64,000 nt of DNA from the human T2T-CHM13v2.0 reference genome, Homo sapiens: NCBI RefSeq assembly GCF_009914755.1, contig NC_060938.1; one strand, 5' to 3'. The notes under the pieces were generated by a model, which was not told where the DNA came from, ran no database searches, and was given only the letters and a program-made list of their open reading frames with translations. Made by a program: the position numbers and the translations under genes. Below, piece after piece: positions 24,181 through 49,860 of the stretch; position 1 is the first letter of the stretch; every line of letters begins with the position of its first letter.

Positions 24181-25885
24181 CTAACACATGAATTTAAAAC
24201 AAAATGGTGAAAAAATAATAAAATAATAATTTATTTAATTGATATAATCAATAAAAATTCCATTTGATATTAATAGTAATGGCAGCTCTACAGGTGAGAC
24301 TATCAGAGATATCGTGGGACAAAATAGAAGGTAAAGGAAGGAAACTAACTATATTAAGCACCTATTTTGTGAGTAAAATGAGGTTCTGAGAGAAAGGGTA
24401 ACCCAGCCAGCAGATTGCAGAGCCAGTGTATACATCCATATTTATCTGACTGTAAGGTCAAAGTCTTTTCCACTGTATCAAGTAATTGACCAAGAGACAC
24501 TAGCTCTCAGAGCAGCAGAATGTTGCCACATTTTTATTGACAAAGAATTAATAACATAAATTATGTTTATATTGCAAAGTTTATTTAGGGAAATTTGATA
24601 CTCCTTTTTACATTTTACATAAATTTATTGAGTTATAACACTGCCTGATGCCAGGTAAAGCAAATACACATCTGGGTTCAGAGACTCACGTGTGCAACAA
24701 ATTTAACTTTCTGGATATTTTAAAAACTCAGCTTAATTTCCCTAGGTGCCTCATTAGCCTGATGGCAGAAATTAAATCTCAGGCAATTCTGGGTTCTCCC
24801 ACAAGTACACTTTTCTTCAGAGTTGTGCTGAAGTTCTGAGGAGGATGGGAAGGGACTAGGAAATGGCCAGTCCTTTGCCCATCTATCCTCTGGCATTCTC
24901 CCACCCTGTCCCAGGTTGTCAGTCCACACAGGTGGCTGGTGCATCACTCCTCATTCTTCTCAGTGAGGTCCTTGAAGCTTGGGCAGCTCTCCCTGCTACT
25001 TCTTTACCTCTCTCAGGCACTCTATACCTCATTACTCTATTTCTGCACCTCTGAGCTGCAGAAAACTCCTTGATGCTCTTGAAAATCCCACCTGCCTAGA
25101 AACTTTATGTAGCCTCTTCTCCTCTGTGGTATTGCCATTGCCTGAAGGCCCTTTCCAGAAAGCAAATCACAAGTTTTTTCTGTTCTCAGACCCACAACTC
25201 TATGTGTGGTTCTATCATTTCCCCTTTCAGACTTGGCCAGGAATTAGGAAAGGCAAAGCACTATGCCCCTTTCTGGAGCCCCATTAGCTCTGAACTGTCC
25301 TTTCTTCTCTTTCAAGTCTCCTCTTTCTCCCTAGTGTGCAGAATCTGAGGAAGTAAAAAGGCATGTTCTGACCCATCAGCTTTTTTCCACTCCATGAGTC
25401 TTAAACTTCAGAAAAGCTTTACTCTTCCTTCTGCATCATTTCTTTCCCAGTCTACCTACCCAAATTGAGAGGAATAAGAAATACTCATAAAAAATCATGG
25501 TTTTCCACACAGTGGCTTATCAAAACAAAATCATGGTTAACATTTCAATCTATATGATGTCACCATATAAGTACTTGTGCCAGATGCTGGAAATACAAAG
25601 AAAAATGTGATTAAATTCCTGCTGTCAGGATGTGTCCAGGGTCACATTGTTAGTAGGCGGATACAAAGAAAAAAACAGAAGTGATGATACAGTATTTAGT
25701 GCAATATCAGAACTATTTATAGACAAGAGAAGTATGATTGGGTGGAGGGAAGGGGGAAGTACTTAGAAAAGTTTTCCAATGGAAAACTCAACCTGCTTTT
25801 GGCCAAGGTCGGGAAAACATTTCAAGTAGGAAGAACAGCATATGCAAAGGCGTGGGAGCCCAAGAGAATGTGATAACTTTCATAA

Positions 25886-28162
<2,277 letters not shown>

Positions 28163-28305
28163 CCCCAGATTTTTTAAATACATGAAAAGATACATATTAA
28201 GGAATCATGCTGTCCACCCTGACTCTATCCACCCCAAACTACCACCTACAAGTATTACTTTTATTGGTTTCTGGTACATTCTTCAATTACTTTCAACATA
28301 TTGGC

Positions 28306-28838
28306 TTTTTTTTCTTTTTCATTTCAAGTTTTAATGAAAGCTTGTATATTAGATTATTTCATTCCTGCATCTTCTCTATTGTTTCTTCCTTGTATTTGCC
28401 CTTTTCCTTTCCTACTTGGTGAGATTTTCCTTTCCATTCAAGGACATTTTTGCAGTCTTTGTCCCGTTTTAGCCCAGTGGTAACCACTTTGCTGGGGTGA
28501 ATGCTTACATGGATAGTTGTGCCATTAGCCTTTTCCCACTGCACCCATTCAATGTAGATGACATATTTCTTCCTGTAAACCTGGAGTACTTTGCCAGTTT
28601 GCTGACCTTTATGGTGTCCTCATACAACCTGAACTTCATCATCCTTTCAGATGGGCATGGATCAAACGTTGTACTTCTATCTCAGCTCTGTGGAAAGAGA
28701 GGAAGACATTGTCTTCCTGCAAATGTGGGAAGGTTCACTGAAATGCCTTTTGCAGTTCTTGCTTTGGTCAGAAGTCACAAAGGGATTGAACTTCATTTTG
28801 GCTTTTCCCACTTCAGTGATGGTCGCAAAAGGGAAGAG
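28306..28838 (-). pseudogene. RPL26P2: RPL26 processed pseudogene, full length (CDS-equivalent 28359-28796, in-frame stops)
   Basis: [28 protein letters not shown]...[15 protein letters not shown]...[17 protein letters not shown] matches RPL26 (145 codons). Intronless, 5' ctcttcccttttgcg, ATTAAA signal, tail, TSD actttcaacatattg(g/a)cttt. The pseudogene number is recalled from locus context, not verified. Confidence 0.9.
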
Positions 28839-29422
28839 CACTTTCAACATATTGACTTTAATGCACACAGGTGGATACCTTTAGTAAATAGTTGGATAGA
28901 TGTTTCTGGGGCTTAAGAGAGATGCCTGTGTTCATTATATACATTGAATCACCAATGCGGGAGTAAGTAAGAGTTGAAGATGTAAGCACAGATGAGACCA
29001 CCAAGAGAGAATGGGAAACCTAAGGACAAAACTCTGTAGGACACCAGGGATGAATAACAAATACAAGGTAAAAGGGTGAAGACAGTAAACTTAAAAGTCT
29101 CTTTCCAAGAAGTAAACTATGTGCTCCACAGAGGAGCCTATGTTCAATCACCACTGTTTTTGTGGTGCCTAGCCCAGTGCCTGAAACCTAGTAAGTACGA
29201 AATAACCATTGAATAAAGTCCAGCTCTCAAAGAAGAGAAAAGAAGTAAAAGAAGTAAACTTTAGAAGACTCAGGATAAGAGGAAGATTGTTTAAAATAGA
29301 AAACTACTTTTTCATATTTATGTGCATGTGAAAAGCAGCAAGAAGAAGAAAGCATTTGAAGGTTCAGCATCTAAGACCACTAAAGAATGATGTCAGGAAG
29401 TGAATGAACTCAGTCCTTGTGA

Positions 29423-29827
<405 letters not shown>

Positions 29828-30699
29828 TATTTGATTTGAATTGGATACAAGAGTCCATATGAGGTCATTCCTTGAAAGCCTCTGACAGTCTCAGGCACAC
29901 CCTGTGAATTTGCTCCACTTGCTTGTACCAAAATGTTTTCACTACTCATAGAGATATTGCTAGGCTTTTCTGCCAAATTTGAGACCTATATTGGTAAAAT
30001 ATAAAATATAGGTTTAAAAACTTGTGTATTGTTTTATATAAATGCATTTCCTAATACCACTAATGTCATCAATTGACTACTGAATATTGATGATAGCTAT
30101 AAGTTGGAACACAGCTATAATTCTGTTCTAGTGTTGTCTACACCAATAAGGCAATGGAGAATGTAGGCTCACCTAAGAGACATAAATACATCCTAGCAGT
30201 GCTTAGTCAAGTCAATGCATACAACTTATAGCCCAGCTATCCTACTCACATGTACGTATCCCAGGAAATTGCCACACATCCATAAGGCTACTTCTATAAA
30301 GACGCTTGTCGCAGGATATTGTTGGCAATCCAGATGACCATCATTGGGAAAATGGATCAATAAAATGTGGTAATGCACACTATGGAATAAAATGCAGCAA
30401 TTAGAAACATTAAACTAAAAGTATACATATCAATAAGTCTTCATAGTACACTGCAGAGTAAAAAGAGTAAGAAAAAGAACAAGAACTATATAATATTTAC
30501 ATAAAATAAAAATACACTTTATATGTTTTACATAGACACGTGCAAATTCAATTACAGTGACCTCTTATCTTACAGGGCAAAAGAATGAGAGCTTGGAAAG
30601 TGGGTGGAAGGCAATGAATAAATACATACATACAAACATACAAACATACATGTAAGAGACATAATGGCATGCCATCCCATGCATTGAGAGTGTGTTGAT

Positions 30700-31206
<507 letters not shown>

Positions 31207-31837
31207 CCTCTAGTCCTCTGGACTAGTAATTCCAGTTCTAAGAATTTGTTTTCAGGAAATATCTCAAATATGGAAAATGTTTTATATACAAAGATATTTA
31301 TCCAAGTCCTACTTTAATAATGACAAGTTGGAAACAACTTAAATGTGAAAAGGGAATGGTTATGTAAACTAATGATAAATCCAGCATTTAAAATTATATT
31401 TATGCGAAATCTTTAATTACATGAAAAACACCTCTATTGCTGGTTTAAATGAAAAAAAAAGCAGAATAAAAATATATATGTAAATACAATGTGATACTAA
31501 GCAATCACCCAGGGTTCTTATTAAAATAGAGATTCTGATTCAGGAGGACTAAAGTGATGCCTGGGATTCTGCTTTTTTTAACAGAAATAATGCCAATGCT
31601 GCTGGTGTACATACCACTTTTTGAGTAGTAAAGGCATGTAGAATACAATCACACTCATGTAAAAAATGTATCAGAAAAATAATCTGATGGAAAATTAAAG
31701 TGTTAAATGTATTGAGCTGGGGTCATGAATGAGGGATTTTTAAAAATATGTATTTAACTAGAGTTTCCAAACTTTCTATATTATAGGATTACTTGCTTCT
31801 ATAGTGTGGTAAAATGACATTAAAAATAGTCTGCTTA

Positions 31838-32300
<463 letters not shown>

Positions 32301-32848
32301 AGTATAATTTTTAAAATAAAAATATATATATTTATGCTTATGCATGTGTAGGTGCAGGGAATATATGGGAAATCTCTATAACTTCCATTCAATTTCTCCG
32401 TGACCCTAAAACTGATCTAAAACATAAATCTATCTTTAAAAATCTGCTTTAATTTTCTCATAAACAGCATTAAAAATTGAATAACCAAGACCTTGTCGAA
32501 GAGCCCAATTGTACAGCCTGGTTGAGAATCAAGCCTATGTATGTTTCATTCTTTTTTCCCACTTTCTTAACGATGCCTTGAACGTGGGTTTCTGATCCTT
32601 TTTACCAAATGCTTTTATATTTTTAACCAAAGGAAAAAGACATTTAATCGCAGCTTTTTCATTTTCTTGCATTTTGTCCCTCTCTCCAGTACTCCGTCTT
32701 CAACCATGTCCCGGCCCTGGGAGGGAAGGGATCCTGCAGGACAGGACTGGCCAGAGTTCTACATTACTTGTGATGGTTCCTTATATCCCTAGAACAATAA
32801 GACTGCCTAGTGTTACACAGGAGTCCCCTATTTTGGAGGCATAATGTG

Positions 32849-32987
32849 ATTTTTTTTTTTTAATTTTTGTAGAGACAGAGTCTCTCTATGTTGCCAGGGT
32901 GGTCTCAAACTCGTGGCCTCCAGTGAGTCCCCCTGCCTCAGCCTCCCAAAGTGCTGGATTACAGGCATGAGCCACCATGCCCAGCCT
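32849..32987 (-). mobile_element. FLAM-type Alu monomer
   Basis: tttttgtagagacag...ggtctcaaactc...cctcccaaagtgctgga. Confidence 0.8.
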
Positions 32988-33975
32988 GGATTTATTACTT
33001 TAACTAAAAGTAGTTGTTATTCTCGATCTGAACAAACAACAGAAAGTTTTGTTTGCAAAGTTGTACTAAGTAACAGCCAAGAGACTTGGAAAGAGGCTGA
33101 GTGGGGCTCATTAGACTAACTCTCTGGGGATCCCAAGTCCCATCAAACTAGGGAGACGAATAGATCCCTTAAGAAAACAAAACTGCAACCCAAATCTTCC
33201 AGCCCTGATATTACCTTCACCAAAAGATGTTTACTTCAGAAGGAGCTTGCTGAAAATTGAAGATTTTGAAACACTCTATACTCTTCAGACCCTTTGAGCT
33301 GAATGATGGCGCCAAAGAAGCTATTCTTCTCTGAGAGACCAGGGAATGCAACTGCCCATTCAGGAAGCTTTGTAAGAGAACAGGTGTTCTTAGAAAATAC
33401 CATCAAATTCATGAGAGATACAGAACTCACACCAACAGTATAGGACCAGCATTTAGAGCCAACAGACAATATTGCAACCTCAGGAAATAACCGTGAGAAG
33501 CAGTTATCTCCTGTAGTCCTGTGAGCAGTGTGTTTGGAATGGCCTGATTGGGAGTCTCCCGGAGGACTGGTAGACACCTGACCCTGGACCTGCCAAGTAA
33601 TCTCCATCTTGGCACTTCAGGGGCTGGCAGAGCAGCAGTTGCTTCCTCAAACCCTTCTCTTGCTGGCACTTGTTTTTATATTTTGTCAGAAGGTCTGGCA
33701 CATCAAGGACAGGCACTGGGTCTCATTTGTAACTTTAGCCCCACCCAAGTCAATGCTGGAACACAGCAGTGGGTAAGCCAATGTTTATTCAGTCAGAGCC
33801 ATTACATTACTCACTTGCACTGAGGGACTTTGCCTGGCCTGATCTGCCCAATGTTGTGCCATGCTGTGCTCTGTGTAACTGTCCTCTTGGAAGACACAAA
33901 GCTCTGGACAACATGGAATCTGGGTGAAACTCCAAATGCTTTTGCTTTGAAGGGGAATATCTCATCCTCCTTCTA

Positions 33976-34293
<318 letters not shown>

Positions 34294-36409
34294 CTACCGT
34301 GGCAGGACACACCTCCAGGTCGTGCATACTTTTCCATGGGGCACTACACAACTGACCCTAAAAACAATGAATGGTCTGAAGTAGATGGTGCAGCCACGTC
34401 CAGGCTCTCAGACTGCTGGGCAAGTCTCCCCTTCACTCATCAAGCATGTAGGATAAAGGAGGAAATGCCTGGGATTCAGGAAGTGGCCTAATTTACTTTG
34501 GTTCTGGAAGGCCAAGAACTAGTGACCTCTGCTTTGAAACAGGAAGAAAAAAAAGTTCATCAGCGGCCCTGGCTAGATGCTATCTCCTTAGCTGGTCACA
34601 ATGCCTTCATTTATCTGTGCTAAGCTCATGACTCAGCATGAACCTGGAGCTTTTTCTTCTAGTCCCATTCACAGCTGGCTCTTTATCACCTTAATCTCTG
34701 TTCCTATGTTTCTCCCAATGTGTACCACCCAGGACTTGCCTAAAAAATACTCTAATACTCATCCTATTAGTTCCTGATGATGTTTCTGGGTGTCATGTTC
34801 ATGTTGGATTCTGCTTTTGTCATGGGCCACCTGGGGTCATCTTTGAACAAAATGATGAGGCTACAAAAACCTATTTTTCCAATTGTTGATGGATCTAGAC
34901 AATGTGAAGCCTAGAATTAGCCCATGAGAAATAGCCCTAGTTATATCCTCAAAGGCTGGTCAACTATTTTGTGTTCTTTAATAACTGTCAGCAAAAGTTA
35001 GAGATAAGGGTAGTTTATGGAATGACCTAGAATAATGTAGCCTGTGCTAAAAAGAAGGCAAAACCTTTCTAAGGTTTTTGTTTTTTGGGTTTTCTGCTGC
35101 TGGAAGCTCCCCAGCAAACCCAACCAGACCTCTGTCTACTCACTCACTCAAACTCCAGACCGTCTCAAAGATGTAGACTCTCCCTTCAGAGAATGATTGT
35201 GGAGCAATGCCTCCAACTTGTCGTGAGGAAAAGCAAACTCTCTTCAGATGGACCAATTTCAGATGAGTTGGCATGCTGCTGGCAAGGTTGCTGACCCCTA
35301 GGAAATGCTACATAAATTACATGTCCTCAACCACTTGTGTGTCAAACACCCACCGAATCCATCTCTCAGACATTTGAGATGTGGCTTACTCATTCAATAA
35401 ATGTTGTTAAAGCTGATTATTTCAAGAAACTTGTTCTAAGTACTACAGAAAATACAAAGGTTAATAGAGAAATTTTTGACTCAGTGAGCAAGAAGTGAAA
35501 AACAACTATAACAATACAATAAAAAGATGATATATAATAAAATTATGGGAGGTACAGAGGAAAGACACATTTATTTGGAAGAGAAGTCTTTATAGAAAAG
35601 ATAGCATTTATTGAGGAAAGACTTAAAGGATAAATAGGACTTGAAAGGCTGATGATTCCAAACTGAAAGAGTGACATGAGCAAACACACAGTTGTGTGAA
35701 AATGGATAAAGAATCAAAATATTGCAAAGAATCTATTATATCCAAAGCTCAGAGTTTGTGGAAGGAGATAATGAAAGGAGAACCTTGGCAACAGGTCATT
35801 AAGAATGTTGAATATCAAACTCCCATTAAGGAGTGTTGATTTATGTGGATACTACTTGGATTTTTCCTTATTTGATTTGTGAGAGGTGTGCTTTTCTCTC
35901 ACAGATTTCCTCTAGTCTTTTTATCAATCCAAAAACTAATGAAAGGTATCAAAGATTCTGGCAATGTTTAAACAGCAACACCCTCGAATATGAACTCTTT
36001 ATGGATGAAGACCCAATATTGGTATAAACACAAGAACAAAAGTTATTGAAAGCAGGTAATATTAGTATAGGCAAAGGGATTCATTGAGAAATTAGGAGTA
36101 AAAGTTTTGGTTAAGAAAAGTAAGAAAGGATAAATTTTGGTTCTGAGCCTTTCTTGGGCCACCTTGCACATCATCACACTCTTGTCTAACACACAGATGC
36201 ACCAGAAACCACACGTGAAACAGGTAACCCCAGAGGCTCTGCAGATAAGCCTGAGTAGTCAGTGGTGGGAAGATACATCCTTCACAGAAATAAAGTACAC
36301 CTTCAGCCCTCTCTCCTTTCAGTTCCAGGTTGTTCTCAGGTCCCCAACATCACGATTCTTGATGCTGAACACCTTTGATCAGCCCTCCCCAGCAAAGGTC
36401 AGAGGAGCC

Positions 36410-37338
36410 ATGGGGAACCACACCACCGTCACCGAGTTTGTCCTGCTGGGGCTCTCAGAGACCTGTGAGCTGCAGATGCTCATCTTCCTGGGGCTCCTCC
36501 TGACCTACCTCCTCACACTGCTGGGGAATCTGGTCATCGTGGTCATCACCCTCATGGACAGGCGCCTCCACACCACCATGTACTACTTCCTCCGCAACTT
36601 TGCTGTCCCGGAGATCTGGTTCACCTCGGTCATCTTTCCCAAGGTGCTGGCCAACATCCTCACAGGATACAAGACCGTTCCCTCCCAGGCTGCTTCCTGC
36701 AAAGTTTGCTCTATTTTTTCTTGGGCACCACAGAGTTCTTCCTCCTGGCGGTGATGTCCTTTGACAGGTACGTGGCCGTATGTAACCCTTTGCATTATGC
36801 CACCATCATGAGCAAAAGGGTCTGTGTCCAGCTAGTCCTCTGTTAGTGGATGACAGGATTCCTTCTCATCATTATTCCAAGTTTTCTTGTCCTTCAGCAG
36901 CCATTCTGTGGCCCCAACATCATTAACCATTTCTTCTGTGACAACTTTCCCCTCTTGAAACTCATTTGTGCAGACATGACTCTGATAGAGCTCCTGGGTT
37001 TTGTTATAGCCAACGTCAGCTTACTGGGCACTCTGTCTATGACGGCCACTTGCTATGGCCACATCCTCCACGCCATTCTGCACATCCCCTCAGCCAAAGA
37101 GAAGCAGAAAGCCTTCTCCGCCTGCTCCTCCCACATCATTGTCGTGTCTCTCTTCTATGGCAGCTGCATCTTCATGTACATTCAGTCAGGCAAGAGTGAC
37201 CAGAAGGAAGACAGGAACAAGGTGGCGGCATTGCTTAACACCGTGGTGACCCTGATGCTCAACCCCTTCATCTACACCCTGAGGAACAAACAGGTGAAAC
37301 AGGTGTTTAGGGAGCAGGTGAGCAAACTCCTCATATAA
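36410..37338 (+). pseudogene. OR6E1P: Olfactory receptor family 6 pseudogene (Or6e1/Olfr49 orthologue)
   Basis: [16 protein letters not shown]...[11 protein letters not shown]; after a 1-bp deletion near 36678, [15 protein letters not shown]; in-frame TAG at 36844-36846; then HFFCD...KAFSACSSH...LNPFIYTLRNKQVK. Close to mouse Olfr49 as recalled. Confidence 0.9.
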
Positions 37339-38831
37339 AGCTGTGTGAAAAAAAAACTGAAGCTCAGCATCCCCAGACAAGCTAAGAGAATATAGGCCCC
37401 TTGAAACAACTGAGCCTTTCCGATTCAGAAAAAGCTCTGATGATATGTTTGTACATGATGTGTTTCTATGGGATCAGTCACTATGCAATTCAGCATAAAC
37501 TCTTTGGACCCTCTGGCACTATTAATTAGTGGATTTGAATATTTCTGTTCATTCCATCTGTATCTGCCTGGCTTCCAACAAAATACAAGTTCTCTGAAAG
37601 CAGAAACTAGCTCTATAACTCACTATAAGCCTCAAGTGTCAATCCATTGTCATAGACCATATAGATTGTTAAAAAATACTTGTGTGCTGATTGATCACTC
37701 TGTGTCTGTTTCTCCAACGTCCTCAGGGGAAAGAACAGTTATCTATTAGTACTGTCCTTATTTAACACTGACAATCCTGTTACGGAAATATATTAGCAAG
37801 ACATCGAAAATGCTAAAGCTAATTGCTTATCATTTTGCGTATAAGCTATTTATGCTCTTTTAGTATTTAAATTCCTAGAAATTCCTCATTCTTACTGATA
37901 AAGGCTCTTTCATCTACTAGTTATATTACCTCTCTGAGCCCCAGTTTTCTCATCTATGAAATGAGGATGACAATGGCCATTTCAAAGAATTGTAATAAAA
38001 GTCAAATGAGATTTTCTATGTAAAATTGCTTACATAGTGTCTGGTCCTCAATAAATATTCCTTCCTTTCTTCCAATTATAATCCTACTTTCCCACTCCCT
38101 TTTTTATTTTATTTTATACCAGTTATCAACAAAAGCATTTTTGAAGATTTTATATTCAAAATGTTATTTTAAATGTTAAAGTTAAATACAGTGTTTAACT
38201 TATTGCAATTTATTACCAAGATATTTGCTATTGCTGAAAACAAAGATAAAGTCATATCTGTAAGTGAACAAATATTAAATAAGTAACCAAATCAATTAAC
38301 ATTAATTCTTCCAAAGTGATTGTTACACAGAAGTCATGTTCAAGTAAATGTATGGTCTGGTAGATAATAATCTATGCCTTTGAAGAATTTGAAATCAAAC
38401 AAAGACAATATGAAGTATGCAAATACTATAATTCAGGGTAGAAAATGATAATGTGTAAGAAAATATCACATGTAACTCTTCAACAACCAATTTGAAAACC
38501 AAGAGGAAATGGATGATTTTCCAGAAAAGAAATTTTTTTTCAACTGACCTAAGGAGAAATAGAAAACTTGATTAGACATATTACTATAGAAAAACCTCAA
38601 AATCGGGTTACATATCTACTATAACTCAAAAACAAAAAGCAAACAACCCAATTCTACAAATGATCAATAAATACATGAAAAGTGTTACATCACTTAATCG
38701 TTAGGGCAATGCAAATCAAAACCACAATGAGATACCACTTCACACCAATTAGGAAGTCTATTTTTTTAATTAAAAAAATAGAAAATAACAAGTGTTGTCA
38801 AGAATGTGGAGTGGCCACTTCCAAGGAGTTA

Positions 38832-39135
38832 GGATTACAGTGGCTCATCCCTGTAATCCTAACTCCTTGGAAGGCAAAGACAGGAGGATCATTTGAGGCC
38901 AGGAATTCAAGACCAGCCTGGACAACTGGGCAACATAGTGAGACCCCATCTCTACAAAAAAAACTACAAAAATTAGCTGGCCATGGTGGTGTGTACCTGT
39001 AGTCCCAGCTACTCAGGAAGCTGAGGTGAGAGAATCGCTTGAGCCCAGGAGTTTGAGGCTACAGTGAGCCATGATTGCACCACTGCACTCTAGCCTGGGT
39101 GACAGAGCAAGACCTTGTCTCAAAAAAAAAAAAAG
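38832..39135 (+). mobile_element. AluJ
   Basis: Diverged full Alu with A/GA tail. Confidence 0.85.
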
Positions 39136-39774
39136 AGAGAGAGAGAGAAAGAGAAAGAAAGAAGAAAAGAAGGTACAGAAGTCATCTAGACTTTCTTATA
39201 AGACTGGAAAAAAGTGTAAAGAAATTAGAACTCTTGCATATACACATTGCTAGTGGAAATGTAAAGTGGTACAGTCACTGTGGAAAACAGGATGGTGGTT
39301 CCTAAAACAATTAAACATAGATGTGCCATAAAATCCAGCAATTTTACTTCTGTGAATATACCCAAAAGAATGGAAGGCAGGGAGTTGAACAGATCTTTAT
39401 ACACCCGTGTTCACAGCATCATTATTCACAATAGCCAAAAGGTGGTTTAAAAAAATGTCCAACAACAGATGAATGGAAAAATAAAATGTGGCATATACAT
39501 ACAATGGAATATTACTTAGCCTTAAAAGCAATGAAATTTTGATGCACACTATCTGTAATAAACAAATATTAAATCATAGATGAGCCTAGAAAACATTATG
39601 CTATGTGAAATAAGCCAATCACAGAAGGACAAATAATGTATAACTATACTTATATGAGGTACCTAGAATAGTCAAATTCAGAGATAGAAAGTAGAACGGT
39701 GGTTACCAGGGCCCAGGCCAAGGAGGAATGGAGGATTTATTGTTTAATGGGTGTAGAGTTTCAGTTTGGTCTCA

Positions 39775-40033
39775 ATTTATTATTATTTTTTTAAGATACA
39801 GTCTCACTCTATCTCCCAGGCTGGAGTGCATGGGAGAAGAAAAGATCTCGGCTCACTGCAACCTCTGCTTCCCGGGGTCAAGAGATTCTTGTGCCTCAGC
39901 CTCCTGAGTAGCTGAAATTACAGGCACCTACCACCATGCCTGGCTAATTTTTGTAGTTTTAGTAGAGACGTGGTTTCACCATGATGGCCAGGCTGGTCTT
40001 GAACTCCTGACCTCAGGTGATCTGCGCATGCCC
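39775..40033 (-). mobile_element. AluS with internal rearrangements
   Basis: TSD agagtttcagttt; foreign tgggagaagaaaa in the right arm; deletion near the 5' end. Confidence 0.85.
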
Positions 40034-41167
40034 AGAGTTTCAGTTTTGGATGATAAAAAAGTTCTGGAGATAGATACTGGTGATGATTGCTCAACAATGT
40101 GAATTTACTTAGTGCCATTTAACTGAATAATTAAAAATGCTTAATATAATACATTTTATGTCATATATTTTTCACCACAATAAAAAATACAGATCTCAGA
40201 TCAATAAAAACCCAAAAATATGTAATCTTTGACTCCCTTCTTTCTCCAATATCCTACAACCAATCCATTAGCAAATTCTGTGGGTTATACCTTCAAAATA
40301 TATACAGAACCCTACTATTTCTTACCACTACCACTGTTAGCACCTTTGTCTGTGCAACCTTCCACTTCCTCTTGGTTCTCCATCTCCTACCTGTCACCTC
40401 TCTCACATCCACATAGCCCTGAGGGAGGGAGAAGCCACAGGTAACGGGTAGATGTGCTTGCAGAGTCAAGACAGATAAAGCCAACAACACACACCGTTTC
40501 TCTCTGATGTCTTGCCTGAAACAAGCTCTAGGTGGAGGAAAGAGTAAGTTTTAACTTTAAATGAAGTTCCAAATTTTAATAATTACATAGAATTGGACAG
40601 TTTACTAACACTATTCTATGGACTGATAGTTAATAGAGGACTTTTAAAATTATGTAGGAGTGACCAGAAAAATCACTAGACTTGTCCTGGATTTCATCAG
40701 GGATCAAGGAAAAATAACTACATGAACAGGTTTGAATGAGTATATAGGAAGAGGGTGGAGTGGAGAATATGTATTACAAATAAAGGGTTATTATCCATAA
40801 TTTACAAAGACGAATTATCTATTATCTAATAGATAAATGAGATAAGGATATGCATAGACACTTCAGAAAAAAGCAAATTTAAAGAGCCAATAAATAAATT
40901 AAAAGATGTCCAATCATGTTAATAGTTAAAACAATAAAAATAAAAATAACAGCTCTTAATAATTAAGGAAGCATTTTCAGTTTTTAAAAGTAAATTTATA
41001 CTTTAAAAATTACTCTTGTTTTAATAAATGCTAAAATATTTACAGAGAAAATGATATGATGTCTGGGATTTGCTTCAGAATAATAAAAGGAGGAGGGGAG
41101 TTGGTGGTGGTCTAGGTGAAACCGGTATGACTTGGTCATTGTTAAAGCTAGATGATGGCTACATTGA

Positions 41168-49860
<8,693 letters not shown>

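Larger units (their letters stand above)
38470..40190 (+). mobile_element. Old L1M (L1MB-like) ORF2 and 3'UTR fragments, interrupted by two Alus
   Basis: gcaaatcaaaaccacaatgagataccacttcacacc; 3'UTR agagtttcagttt...aaagttctggagat...caccacaataaaaaa. Confidence 0.75.

Noticed and set aside
36137-36409. N-terminal extension of the OR in the 205-aa ORF
   Set aside because: The ORF starts at TTG and runs across a probable splice acceptor; OR homology begins at ATG 36410.
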